A stretch of 64,000 nt of DNA, from assembly GCA_963707505.1 (NCBI GenBank), contig CAVPQB010000006.1:96001-160000 (forward strand). Reading direction: 5' to 3'. Both the position numbers and the translations under genes were made by a program. Positions 49,767 through 59,824 of this stretch are shown piece by piece. This stretch comes from an uncultured Gemmatimonadales bacterium. Lineage in GTDB: Bacteria; Gemmatimonadota; Gemmatimonadetes; Gemmatimonadales; Gemmatimonadaceae. The notes beneath the pieces were generated by a model. That model saw only the letters and a program-made list of their open reading frames with translations, had not been told where the DNA came from and did not search any database. Position 1 is the stretch's first letter. Every line of letters begins with the position of its first letter.

Positions 49767-51737
49767 TCAGCGTGTTCCCTTCTCGATCACTATCAACTTC
49801 GCATCGTCCGTCCCGATCTTGCGCATCCACTCGAGCATGGTCTTGAGTTGATCCGGAGCATAGTTACCACCGGCACCCGTGATCGTTCGCTTGAGCACCA
49901 GGTCACGTCCTGACTGGGCGTATTCGCTGTGGTATTTGCCGAACTCGCTCGACGCATCCACATTGGCCGGAAGTTGAGCGTGCCATCCTTCCGGCATCGT
50001 GACCCGAAATTCCATCGTCGTCACACCGTAACCGAAGATCCTGTCCGCCGCGATCGGAAATAGCCTTGGCCCGGCTGTTTCTATTTCCTGCGCTGCGGAG
50101 GAAAAACCGCTCATCGTGCCGAACGGATTAGTGAGAATCGCGTTGGTTCCTGCCATCGATGCAGCTCGCCCGTTTCGAACGATCACCGACATCTTTGGTT
50201 TCGCCGCAAGATCCTTTCCCGCGAATCCCGTAAGACTGTCGCCCTGGGCGCCCTCGAAAATGTTACCCGCAATGGCGTTGGCCGCCTTGGCCCGTTGAAC
50301 GGAATCGAGTGGGTTCTCGAAAGCGCTCCGCAACGAATACTGACGCGCGCCGAGTCCGCTCTCTTCGTAGGTCCCAGTGAACTGCCCGTCAACTGAAAGC
50401 GTACCTACGATGCGACGCGAGCCGGAATTATCCGTGATGGACGCTTTCGGGAGCGTTATCTCCTCGATGCTCCCGTCCGGGTGAACGATCATTCCGAATG
50501 CTCCCTGATAATCGAACGGCAACTCACCGAGCGGCGTGAGCGATGCGGTGAGATCGGCAAATTCGTATTGCGTCGTGCCGGGCAGCCTGAAAGCCGCGAT
50601 TACGTGATCGAGCTGCGCGATGGACGGCATGCTCCGCTGCACTCCGCCACTCGAATTCAGAATTACGGGAAACGCGGTGATACCGAGCCGCTTGAGCGCG
50701 ACGATGAAGAGTGTCGCCTTGTCCTTGCAATCCCCGAATCCGGTGCGAATCACCTCGTCGGGCGATCTCGGCTGATAGCCGCCCAATCCAAGCGCGATGC
50801 TGACGTACCGAATGTCCTGCGCCACCCAGCGGTGCACCGCGCGGATGGAGTCATCCAGTGTCCGTGCGCCTTTGACAGCCTGCGTGATCGCCGAATCGAC
50901 GGCTGGCGAAGCCACGTATCTGTCGCGCGCATTTCCAGCGTACCACTTTCCAATCGCCGCCCACGTGATCGGCGACGATACCACGACCGACATGTACACA
51001 CCGTTCGAATCCGACTCGAATGCTTCGGACTTGACGCTCTTGATGTTGCTGGTCGCCCACGTATAAACGTGGCGTCCGTTCGCCGATTTCTCCGTACGTG
51101 CGAAGTTGAGATTATCCTCGCGGATACGTGGTGTGAAACCAGCTGGAACGTCGACCACGTAGCGCGAACGCATCACCTGCGGTCCACTGCTCACGTTCCA
51201 CGAGTCGAAGAAGTCACCGGATAGAAATGGCTTCAGCTCCGTCGTCGTGTAGCTCAGGTCGACGATCGTCCCCGGTGCGACACCAGTAAGCGACGCTCGC
51301 ACGACTTTCTGATCCGAATAAGTCGGATCACCGAACTGCGCAGGCACGTCCGACTCCTGCACCTGCGAGGGTGCTGCACTCACGACCGTGCCGTCCGGCT
51401 TGACTACGCGAATCCAGTTGAGCGTGAATCGCTGATGCTTTGGTGCATAGGAGAACTGCTGCTCTCTGTATCGATCGACGGCCTCTGGACGCAGTATCTG
51501 GATGATCTGCCGATATGTCGACTCTTCTCGGCCGTCGGGCTCGATGTGGAGCACCCCGTCATCCAGAAGCAGAACTCCCGCTTCTTGGGGAAATTGTTCT
51601 GGCTTGACCGCAAGTCGGTAGATCGTGTCGGCGTTGACCGATGGATCTCCAGCCGATGTAATGCGGGGAGCCTGCGCAACTGCAAGCGATGATACGAGAG
51701 TGAGTGCAACCGCGGGCGCCAGCGTGCGGAAGAGCAA
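49767..51737 (-). CDS. DUF3857 + transglutaminase-like domain protein, secreted
   Basis: Signal peptide; IRYVSI, GDCKDKA (Cys), DHVI (His), ADLT (Asp). Confidence 0.88.
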   Translation of the reverse strand: MLFRTLAPAVALTLVSSLAVAQAPRITSAGDPSVNADTIYRLAVKPEQFPQEAGVLLLDDGVLHIEPDGREESTYRQIIQILRPEAVDRYREQQFSYAPKHQRFTLNWIRVVKPDGTVVSAAPSQVQESDVPAQFGDPTYSDQKVVRASLTGVAPGTIVDLSYTTTELKPFLSGDFFDSWNVSSGPQVMRSRYVVDVPAGFTPRIREDNLNFARTEKSANGRHVYTWATSNIKSVKSEAFESDSNGVYMSVVVSSPITWAAIGKWYAGNARDRYVASPAVDSAITQAVKGARTLDDSIRAVHRWVAQDIRYVSIALGLGGYQPRSPDEVIRTGFGDCKDKATLFIVALKRLGITAFPVILNSSGGVQRSMPSIAQLDHVIAAFRLPGTTQYEFADLTASLTPLGELPFDYQGAFGMIVHPDGSIEEITLPKASITDNSGSRRIVGTLSVDGQFTGTYEESGLGARQYSLRSAFENPLDSVQRAKAANAIAGNIFEGAQGDSLTGFAGKDLAAKPKMSVIVRNGRAASMAGTNAILTNPFGTMSGFSSAAQEIETAGPRLFPIAADRIFGYGVTTMEFRVTMPEGWHAQLPANVDASSEFGKYHSEYAQSGRDLVLKRTITGAGGNYAPDQLKTMLEWMRKIGTDDAKLIVIEKGTR

Positions 51738-51817
51738 GAGGTTCTCCGGAAATCACAAGCGCCGACGAGGCTCGACGCTTATGAGACAAGTAAGTGACGA
51801 TACGAAGGACGAACTGA

Positions 51818-52226
51818 TTACGTGCCCTGGCCGGTATGTCGCGCCGCACGCAGCTCCATTCCACGCGCGATCACATACGCGATCAGTAAAAACACGAATG
51901 CAACGAGCAACATCCATGCAGTGCTCTGCAGCGTTTCGATCACCGTGCGGTACACCTCCAGCGTCCAGCGCTCGGGCGTGAGTACCAACGGGAGTGCCTT
52001 CGGGTCTGCCGGATTCACATATTGCTCGAGTGAGAAGATCCTCACTCCACCGGAGATTCCCACAACGTAGAGCGCGAAGATCATGTACCGATGCCATGCA
52101 CCCGCAAGATCCGGCGCCACAACGCGATCGAGTATCCGCCGGATCGATCGCGCTGAATATGAACGCGACGATGGCCGACACAACGAGAGCAACGGCGAAC
52201 GTAACCACGAGCAGTGCTAGAAACAC
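51818..52226 (-). CDS. Hypothetical membrane protein (frameshift near 52150)
   Basis: Two fragments join into a 3-TM protein MFLALLVVTF..AWHRYMIFALYVVGISGGVRI. Confidence 0.65.
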
Positions 52227-52498
52227 TGGCTCGCCCTGACTGTTTCAGACATGGCCGAATCGCCCCTTACGTGGATGAGCTGACGCATCTGCTACTTAAA
52301 TGTCGGACGCAACGACGCTCGCCGCCAGTTCCCGGCGCGAGTCACGGCCGTTTTCCCTACTCGGTCGCCCACCAAAAGTCCCTGGCGTCATGCGATCAAC
52401 AACCAAACCAGCGCCAGGTCGTTTACCGGATAGATAATTGATCGCGCCCGTCTAGAGCTGCTCAGTCCCGCCATCTCAGTGACACGTACTGTGGCTGA

Positions 52499-55400
52499 GT
52501 GGACTCTCTTACTCATGCCGCGCGGATGATCGACGCCACCGCTCAAGCCGGCGGTATGGACGCGCTACTGGCGGCGCTGGGCTTTACCGACCGGTCACAC
52601 CCGCTTGATGCTGCGTCGCGAGATCGGCTCGGACTCCCCACTGAGGTACTATCAGCACGTGTAACCTCCGGCGATGGATCGCTACGCGCGCTGAGCGCCG
52701 AGATCGAACAACGAGCGAGCGTGCGGCAAGTGATAACGGCGATCGCGCGCCAGCTCACGATGCAAGCGCCTCATCTCCTGTGGCTCATCGTTATCAGTCA
52801 TCGCGACGGATCGACACTCGCCATCGCAACATGGCGCCGCGTGCGCCCCGCACCGCAGATCGTCGCGATGATCTCCGAGCGCGGAAACGTGGTCGACAGC
52901 GATGCAGAGACGTTATGCGCGCTGTCGGCTGCAACTGCCGCTCACGGCGATGAGATGCGTCACATGCGCTGGCTCGACATACTCGGCCGTGATGCCGTTA
53001 CCCGCCGCTTCTTTCACGCACTTGCACATACGATCGACTCGCTCGCCGCTTCTCTCCCATCACAAGTACCGGCGCCAGATGCGAGAGAGATCGCGATCCT
53101 TACTACGAGCCGCCTTCTCTTCCTGTCGTTTCTCGAAACCAAGGGTTGGCTCAACAGCGACTTCGGCTTTCTCGCCAACGGATTCACGGAATGCATCGCG
53201 AGCGGAGGTTCATATCAACGTCGCGTACTCGAGCCGCTTTTCTTTGGAACGCTGAATACGCGCGTCTCCGAGCGTGCGCCGCGATCCCGCGCATTCGGAC
53301 GCATCCCGTTCCTCAACGGCGGACTCTTCTCGCGCACGACGGTCGAGCGCATCCACCGCCACTCGCGCTTCTCCGACGACGCACTGGGCGCGCTCTTCGG
53401 TGACGTCCTCATTCGATATCGCTTCACCGCCCGCGAAGACGCGACTGCATGGTCCCAGGCGGCTATCGATCCCGAAATGCTCGGCAAGGTGTTCGAATCG
53501 CTGATGGAATCCGGCGACCGCAAGCGCGGCGGAGTGTTCTATACGCCACAGCGGTTTGTAGAGAGGCTCACTACTCTCACGTTCGGTGCCGCGCTCGAAC
53601 GCAGCGGCATGAGACGCACAGAGGCCGAGCAGTTGCTCGGCGACCACGAACCGAACACAGTCCCGAATCCACGCATTCTGGAAGATGTGAAGCGGCTGCG
53701 AATCCTCGACCCCGCGTGCGGCTCGGGCGCATTCCTGGTTTATGCGCTGGAGCGCATGGCACGCCTTCGGATCGCGCTCGGTGATACGGACTCACCAAGC
53801 AATGTGCGACGCTCGGTGCTCCGGCAATCGATTTTCGGCGTGGATTCCAGTCCGACAGCGGTATGGCTCTGCGAGCTACGGCTGTGGCTGTCCGCAGTGA
53901 TCGACAGCGATGAGCCGGACCCCATGCGTGTGATTCCTCTGCCGAACCTTGACCGTCAGATTCGCGTCGGAAACTCGCTCGCGGGCGACGCATTCGGAAG
54001 TCGGGCTTCCCGCGGCACCGCACGACGACGCGCCTCGGCGCTAAGGGATCGATACACACGATCGAATGGGCAGAGAAAGCTCTCCCTTGGGAGGCAGCTC
54101 GACTTTGTGGAGCGTATGCGTGCAGTTGACGCGATCGACGCCCGCATCACCGCCGCTCGATTCGAGCGACAGGAGATCGTCCGTGCCGTTCGATCGCGCG
54201 ATCTGTTCAACGTACGCATGGCGCCGGATCCGAAACAACGCGACAGATTGCTCGAACTGCGCTCCACCATGCGAGCGTTGCAACGAAAGCGCGTGGCAAT
54301 TCAGCGCGGCGGCATGCCGGCGTTCGCATATCCGATACACTTCGCGGATGTCGCGGAGTCCGGTGGATTCGATGTAGTCGTCGGCAATCCGCCCTGGGTT
54401 CGAGTGCACAACATGCACGCCGATGATCGCGCGCGTTATCGGGAGAAGTTCAGCGTGTTCCGTCGCGGCGCATGGTCGGAGGGAGCCCGCGGTGCAAGCG
54501 CCGGGCACGGCTTCGCCGGACAGACCGATCTCGCGGCTCTGTTCGTGGAGCGATCGGTGGACTTGCTCGCGCCCGGTGGCGTCATGGGACTGCTTCTGCC
54601 ATCCAAGCTTTGGAGCTCGCTGGCCGGCGGTGGCGCACGCCAGCTCGTGCTCGACCGAACCCGAATCATCGCACTCGGAGATTTCTCCAATGCGCCCGAC
54701 GCATTCGAGGCTGCCGTGTACCCCTCGATGCTCGTTGCAACACGCAGGTCTGAAGACGGAGCAAGGCATGACTGCCCAGTACAGATCAGCGTACAGCATC
54801 GTAGCGACACTTCGCACTGGAATGTCGCTACGGAGAACCTTTCGCTCGATCCTTCCCCGGGGAGCCCGTGGTTGTTGCTCGCCCCTCGGGCTCGCGCATC
54901 ATTCGATCTGCTGACAGCCGCTGGCGTTCCGTTATTTACGACAGCACTGGGACGACCGCACCTCGGCGTCAAGACAGGCTGCAACGACGCATTTGTCGTT
55001 CGAGCCGGCGACAATCATGGCGAGGTGACAGACGTCGCCGCAAATGGAAAGCGTTGCGAGATCGAAACGCAGTTGCTTCGCCCGCTCGTCCGAGGAGAAA
55101 CGGTGACGCGATGGCGGCTCGCTCCGGATGACGAGCGAATCATATGGACCCACGATGACACGGGCACACCACTCCGCGCGTTGCCGCCGCACACCCAACG
55201 CTGGCTTGCACGCTCCCGGCGCGCGCTCGAGCGGCGGAGCGACGCCCGGTCGGATCGCTGGTGGTCCCTCTTCCGTGTCGAGAGCGCGTGCGCCAGGTCC
55301 CCCCGCGTAATCTGGGCCGACTTCGGGCGCGCGCCCAGAGCGGCTGTTCTCGAAGCCGGCGATCCGACAGTGCCACTCAACACATGTTACTCCGTAACGT

Positions 55401-55714
55401 GCAATTGCATGGCCGATGCACTCGCACTCGCGGCGATCCTCAACTCACGGATAGCCGCCGCATGGCTCGGCGCGATCGCTGAGCCTGCACGCGGCGGCTA
55501 CCACCGGTATCTCGGCTGGACGATCGCACGCTTGCCAATTCCGCCGGACTGGCCACGCGCGGTGAGCCTGCTTGCCCCCGTCGCAGAATGCGCACGTGCC
55601 GGGAATGAGCCTGCCGACGATGATCTCGATGCTCTGGTGCTGTCCGCGTACGACTTGAACGGATCTGCCCTCGTGCCTCTTCTCCAGTGGACCCATGCTC
55701 GCAACAACGATTGA
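52499..55714 (+). CDS. N6-adenine DNA methyltransferase, Eco57I/TaqI-like (type IIG-like) with target-recognition region
   Basis: PFLNGGLF, DPEMLGKVFE, GVFYTP, ILDPACGSGAFL (motif I), GNPPW (motif IV), GVKTGCNDAF. Confidence 0.88.
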   Translation: MDSLTHAARMIDATAQAGGMDALLAALGFTDRSHPLDAASRDRLGLPTEVLSARVTSGDGSLRALSAEIEQRASVRQVITAIARQLTMQAPHLLWLIVISHRDGSTLAIATWRRVRPAPQIVAMISERGNVVDSDAETLCALSAATAAHGDEMRHMRWLDILGRDAVTRRFFHALAHTIDSLAASLPSQVPAPDAREIAILTTSRLLFLSFLETKGWLNSDFGFLANGFTECIASGGSYQRRVLEPLFFGTLNTRVSERAPRSRAFGRIPFLNGGLFSRTTVERIHRHSRFSDDALGALFGDVLIRYRFTAREDATAWSQAAIDPEMLGKVFESLMESGDRKRGGVFYTPQRFVERLTTLTFGAALERSGMRRTEAEQLLGDHEPNTVPNPRILEDVKRLRILDPACGSGAFLVYALERMARLRIALGDTDSPSNVRRSVLRQSIFGVDSSPTAVWLCELRLWLSAVIDSDEPDPMRVIPLPNLDRQIRVGNSLAGDAFGSRASRGTARRRASALRDRYTRSNGQRKLSLGRQLDFVERMRAVDAIDARITAARFERQEIVRAVRSRDLFNVRMAPDPKQRDRLLELRSTMRALQRKRVAIQRGGMPAFAYPIHFADVAESGGFDVVVGNPPWVRVHNMHADDRARYREKFSVFRRGAWSEGARGASAGHGFAGQTDLAALFVERSVDLLAPGGVMGLLLPSKLWSSLAGGGARQLVLDRTRIIALGDFSNAPDAFEAAVYPSMLVATRRSEDGARHDCPVQISVQHRSDTSHWNVATENLSLDPSPGSPWLLLAPRARASFDLLTAAGVPLFTTALGRPHLGVKTGCNDAFVVRAGDNHGEVTDVAANGKRCEIETQLLRPLVRGETVTRWRLAPDDERIIWTHDDTGTPLRALPPHTQRWLARSRRALERRSDARSDRWWSLFRVESACARSPRVIWADFGRAPRAAVLEAGDPTVPLNTCYSVTCNCMADALALAAILNSRIAAAWLGAIAEPARGGYHRYLGWTIARLPIPPDWPRAVSLLAPVAECARAGNEPADDDLDALVLSAYDLNGSALVPLLQWTHARNND

Positions 55715-57962
55715 CGCGTCCCAGCCGGAGCTCGAGACCCGCATCGTTTCTCTCGCTGATGCGCGCGCCGCTATCGCTGAATGCATGTTCGGTGACGAGC
55801 CGGAGCGACTTCGCATTGGAAACGTCACACTCCATGTCCACCAGCGGTCCGCGGTCGCACGCCTTCAGCGCACGATGTCGGAGCACGGTGGCGCACTTCT
55901 GTGCGACGATGTCGGGCTTGGCAAGACGTACGTCGCGCTCGCTGTCGCGGCTCGTTACAAAGCAGTTACCGTAATCGCCCCAGCCTCGCTCACGGACATG
56001 TGGCTGCATGCCATCGCCGTAACCCGCGTCAGCGCGGAATTCGTCTCGATCGAATCGCTCGGCCGTACAGGTCCGCCGGCGAGAATACGGGATCTGATAG
56101 TCGTCGATGAGGCTCACAACTTTCGGAATACCTGCACGCGTCGCTACTCGGCGCTCGCGCATCTCTGTATCCTCAGTCCTGTTCTCCTGCTCACTGCGAC
56201 TCCGCTGCATAATTCGCACGACGACGTCGCGGCGCTTGTCGCTCTGTTCATCGGGTCACGTGCCTACACGATGACCGGTGCGGAATTCCTGCCCCTGATT
56301 GTGCGGCGCGATGCAGCAGCGTACGCCGGAGCTCACCACATACCGGTCGTCGAGCACGCCGCTCCGGTGGTGATCGCGACGGATACAGATATACTTGACA
56401 TGATTCTCGCCCTTCCGCCGCCGGTGCCTCCGAGCGATGGCGGCGTCGCGACGCGGCTCGTCATGCATGGACTGGTGCGACAGTGGGTATCCAGCAACGC
56501 GGCGCTCGTCGGTGCGCTCAAACGAAGAATCGCACGCTCGCATGGATTGCTCGCTTCTCTCGATGCGGGCCGGTATCCCACTGGCGCTGAACTATCGGCG
56601 TGGGTGTACAGCGACGAGGCGGTGCAGCTCGCTTTTGCCGAGTTGCTGGTTCCAGCGACTGCGCCGCTCGCGGCGCTCAGCTCGGCGCTGCGTGAGCATG
56701 TCTCGGCACTCGACAGGCTGTTAGCGCACGCCAGGACGATCGGCGACGAAGCGCTCGCCGGATTCGTACGGGATGTCGTGCGAGCGCATCCTGCCGAGAA
56801 GGTCGTTGCGTTCTCGTGTTATGCGGAGACCGCTGAAGCGATTTATCGACTCGTCAAACGCGATGGACACGCTGCTTTGTTGACCGCGCGCGGAGCGATG
56901 ATCGCAAGCGGACCCGTCAGCCGCACGGAGGTGCTCTCCCAGTTCGCACCAGACGCGCGACACGCCCATCTCGACGAGCACGCAATCATCAATTGTCTCA
57001 TCGCGACAGATCTGTTGAGCGAGGGCGTGAATCTTCAGGAAGCGTCAGTCGTGATTCACATGGACCTTCCATGGACCGCGGCTCGCGTGGAGCAACGCAT
57101 CGGCCGTCTCGCGCGCATGGGTTCGCGACATCCGCGCGTGATGTCATACACCGTGACCCCGCCATCCCGAGCGGAGCTGTTTCTTCATGAGCTGGAGATA
57201 ATCGCACGTAAATCCGACCTCTCCGCGCACATGTTCGGCGACTCGACGATCACCAACCTGTCGGCGCGATCGAACGACCGAGCGGCGATCCAGCGTGGCG
57301 AACATGTGCGCGCAACCATCGAGAAATGGCGACGCACCGTTCCCGACACTATCGATACGATAAACCGTCCGCGCGTCGTAGCCCTGGCACGTGCGGCGCG
57401 ACCTGCTACGCTCGGTGTGTGGATCGTCGATGGCACCGCCACGTTGCTCTCATGGGACGACGTGTCGGGAATGACCGGCGACGCTTTCGTCATTGAAGCC
57501 GCGACGGATCTGGCGGACCGCGCTGAAGCCGCTGGGGGCGCGACGTCGCGCAACGAGATACCGACATGCCTGTCATCGGTTCTCAAGTCTGCCGATTCCT
57601 GGTATCAGCAGCGCTGTGCGTGGCACGCACTCGGCGCGCCTGACGGACACGCGACCGTTCCAGGTGTGCATGATGCAAGACGCTCCCTCGCACGCGTCGC
57701 AGATGCCGCGAGCGCCAACGCGAACTTCGCGCGAAGATCACATTCGGCTGCGATCGCCACGCGCCTCAGGAGCGCCGCTGCAACGCCACTTCCACTCGCT
57801 GTGGAGTGGTCGCTCGAAAGCCTCACGGATTCCCCCGACGAAGCCGCCGTCGATACCATCCTCGAGCTTGTCGACAAGGCTCGGCGGTCCCCCGACCAGG
57901 TACATGAGAAGGGCATTCGTCTGGTCGCGCTCATTTTCATGTCACCGGAGGGTGTATCATGA
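55695..57962 (+). CDS. SNF2-like SF2 helicase
   Basis: HQ, DDVGLGKT, VDEAHNFRN, LTATP, FS..AET, ATDLLSEGVNLQ, DLPW..EQRIGRLAR; 20-nt overlap with the MTase. Confidence 0.88.
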   Translation: MLATTIDASQPELETRIVSLADARAAIAECMFGDEPERLRIGNVTLHVHQRSAVARLQRTMSEHGGALLCDDVGLGKTYVALAVAARYKAVTVIAPASLTDMWLHAIAVTRVSAEFVSIESLGRTGPPARIRDLIVVDEAHNFRNTCTRRYSALAHLCILSPVLLLTATPLHNSHDDVAALVALFIGSRAYTMTGAEFLPLIVRRDAAAYAGAHHIPVVEHAAPVVIATDTDILDMILALPPPVPPSDGGVATRLVMHGLVRQWVSSNAALVGALKRRIARSHGLLASLDAGRYPTGAELSAWVYSDEAVQLAFAELLVPATAPLAALSSALREHVSALDRLLAHARTIGDEALAGFVRDVVRAHPAEKVVAFSCYAETAEAIYRLVKRDGHAALLTARGAMIASGPVSRTEVLSQFAPDARHAHLDEHAIINCLIATDLLSEGVNLQEASVVIHMDLPWTAARVEQRIGRLARMGSRHPRVMSYTVTPPSRAELFLHELEIIARKSDLSAHMFGDSTITNLSARSNDRAAIQRGEHVRATIEKWRRTVPDTIDTINRPRVVALARAARPATLGVWIVDGTATLLSWDDVSGMTGDAFVIEAATDLADRAEAAGGATSRNEIPTCLSSVLKSADSWYQQRCAWHALGAPDGHATVPGVHDARRSLARVADAASANANFARRSHSAAIATRLRSAAATPLPLAVEWSLESLTDSPDEAAVDTILELVDKARRSPDQVHEKGIRLVALIFMSPEGVS

Positions 57963-58024
57963 TGGATTCGAACGTCCGTTCGAGATGCGTCCGACCGAAG
58001 ATCGCGATGCGTTACATTCGCCAT

Positions 58025-58732
58025 ATGGCAGAACCGAACACAGCTGCGCCCGGAGCGCAGCATCGTACCCGTCCGATCGCGGTCCTTTTCGACCTGGACG
58101 GCACCCTCATCGACTCCATCGGCCTCCTGCTCGCCAGCGTCAAGCACGCGTTCGAGGGCTTCGCCGGACGGGCACCAACCGAAGAAGAATGGGTCGCCGG
58201 AATCGGCACCCCGCTAGCCACCCAGCTCAAGGCATACTGCGATACGGACGAGCAGCTGGAGGCCGTAACGACGCGTTACCGCGTCTTTCAGCGCGCCGCG
58301 CACGATCGCCTGACGACAGTCTTCCCCGGAACGCTGGAAGTCCTCGGGAGCCTCGCCGCTTCCGGCCATCCCATGGGGATCGTTACGAGCAAGTCCAATG
58401 AGATGATGGACCGCGCTCTCGATCTCACCGGCATCGCCCCATACATGCAGTCGAAAATCGGATGCGACTCCTGTTCCATCCACAAGCCCGATCCATTCCC
58501 CGTCCGCATGGCCCTCGGCGAGCTGGGCTACGAGGCTAGTGAGGCGGTTTTCGTCGGCGACTCACCGCATGACGTAAACGCGGGAAACTCGGCAGGTGCA
58601 ATCTCGATTGCTGCCCTTTGGGGCCCTTTCCGGCGCGATCAGCTCGAGCCGGCCAACCCGGCCCACTTTCTCACGGACATAGCCCACCTCCCCGCGCTCG
58701 TTGAACGAATCCAGAACCGTTCCGCGGTGTAA
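58025..58732 (+). CDS. HAD-IA hydrolase (PpaX/Gph-like)
   Basis: FDLDGTLIDS, VTSK, KPDP, VGDSPHD. Confidence 0.92.
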   Translation: MAEPNTAAPGAQHRTRPIAVLFDLDGTLIDSIGLLLASVKHAFEGFAGRAPTEEEWVAGIGTPLATQLKAYCDTDEQLEAVTTRYRVFQRAAHDRLTTVFPGTLEVLGSLAASGHPMGIVTSKSNEMMDRALDLTGIAPYMQSKIGCDSCSIHKPDPFPVRMALGELGYEASEAVFVGDSPHDVNAGNSAGAISIAALWGPFRRDQLEPANPAHFLTDIAHLPALVERIQNRSAV

Positions 58733-58769
58733 TATTGTTGCAGTCTCTTCCTTTCAATCGGAGCCTTTG

Positions 58770-59447
58770 ATGGGTTTCTCACTTCCCGTCACTTCCGGCC
58801 TTGTCCGGACCGGCGAGGAGCGCGCGCAGCTCGTCCGCCGGACGTACTCGCTGGTTTTTGTCAGCGTTCTGGTCACGGTGGTCGGTGCGACCTACGCGAT
58901 GTCGAACCAGTACATCCTGGATCAGATCACCCAGCACCGGTGGCTGTCGATGGCGGCCGTGTTCGTGCCACTTCTAGTGGCTCAGGGAGCCCGCAATCGC
59001 TTTCCCCTGAACATCGCGATGGTGCTGCTGTTCTCGTTTGCGATGGGTGCGCTTATCGGCCCGGTGATCGTCCTCAACTCACGCGGCGGCACCGAGCTCG
59101 TAACGCAAGCCGCGACGATCACGCTGGGAGCCTTCGGGATACTCACCCTCTACGCCTTCGTCAGCCGGCGCGACTTCTCCGCATGGGGGAGCTTCTTCGT
59201 CGTCGGTCTGTGGGTGCTGATCGCGACGTCGCTGCTGAACATGTTCTTCGGCAACGCTACGAGCGAGCTCTGGCTCGCCGGTGGAACCGTATTGGTGTTC
59301 AGCGGATTGCTCGTATTTGATACCTGGCGCCTGCGCAACGTCTACGGGCCCGACGATTACGTCATGGCCGCTCTGCAGATCTATCTCGATCTGCTCAACA
59401 TGTTCCTCGCCGTCCTGCGCCTGCTGGGCGGCGGACGACGCAACTAG
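58770..59447 (+). CDS. Bax inhibitor-1/YccA family membrane protein
   Basis: Seven TM helices; FDT..DYV.AAL.IYLDLLNMFL..L. Confidence 0.92.
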   Translation: MGFSLPVTSGLVRTGEERAQLVRRTYSLVFVSVLVTVVGATYAMSNQYILDQITQHRWLSMAAVFVPLLVAQGARNRFPLNIAMVLLFSFAMGALIGPVIVLNSRGGTELVTQAATITLGAFGILTLYAFVSRRDFSAWGSFFVVGLWVLIATSLLNMFFGNATSELWLAGGTVLVFSGLLVFDTWRLRNVYGPDDYVMAALQIYLDLLNMFLAVLRLLGGGRRN

Positions 59448-59470
59448 GCAGAGCTGAAGCAAGGTGCACG

Positions 59471-59499
59471 AAAGGCGCGTCCGCGTGGACGCGCCTTTT
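59471..59499. terminator. Terminator between convergent genes
   Basis: aaaggcgcgtcc-gcgt-ggacgcgcctttt. Confidence 0.75.
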
Positions 59500-59523
59500 G
59501 CGTGGGTAACTTCCCTGCCGTCG

Positions 59524-59817
59524 TTACCGCGTTGCCGCGAACTCTATCTCGTTCGCCATATTGAGATCCTTCTGCGTGATGCCGCCCGCGTCGTGGGTCG
59601 TCAGCATGCAGGTGATCTTGGTGTAACGAATGTCCATGTCGGGATGGTGTTGCGCCGCTTCTGCAGCTTCCGCGACGCGCGTCACGAAGGCGATGCCATC
59701 CGGAAAGGTCTCGAACTGAAACGTTTTGGAAAGCACGTCACCCTTCCGGGCCCAGCCTGGGAGTGACCCAAGCCCCCGCTGAACCGCGATGTCCGACAAC
59801 CGCTCAGGACGCTCCAT
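59524..59817 (-). CDS. phhB: Pterin-4-alpha-carbinolamine dehydratase
   Basis: AEAAQHHPD, LTTHDAGGIT..D. Confidence 0.92.
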   Translation of the reverse strand: MERPERLSDIAVQRGLGSLPGWARKGDVLSKTFQFETFPDGIAFVTRVAEAAEAAQHHPDMDIRYTKITCMLTTHDAGGITQKDLNMANEIEFAATR

Positions 59818-59824
59818 ATTTTTC

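Noticed and set aside
52499..57962. Complete DISARM or BREX system
   Set aside because: No drmA/B/C, pglZ or brxC genes in the window
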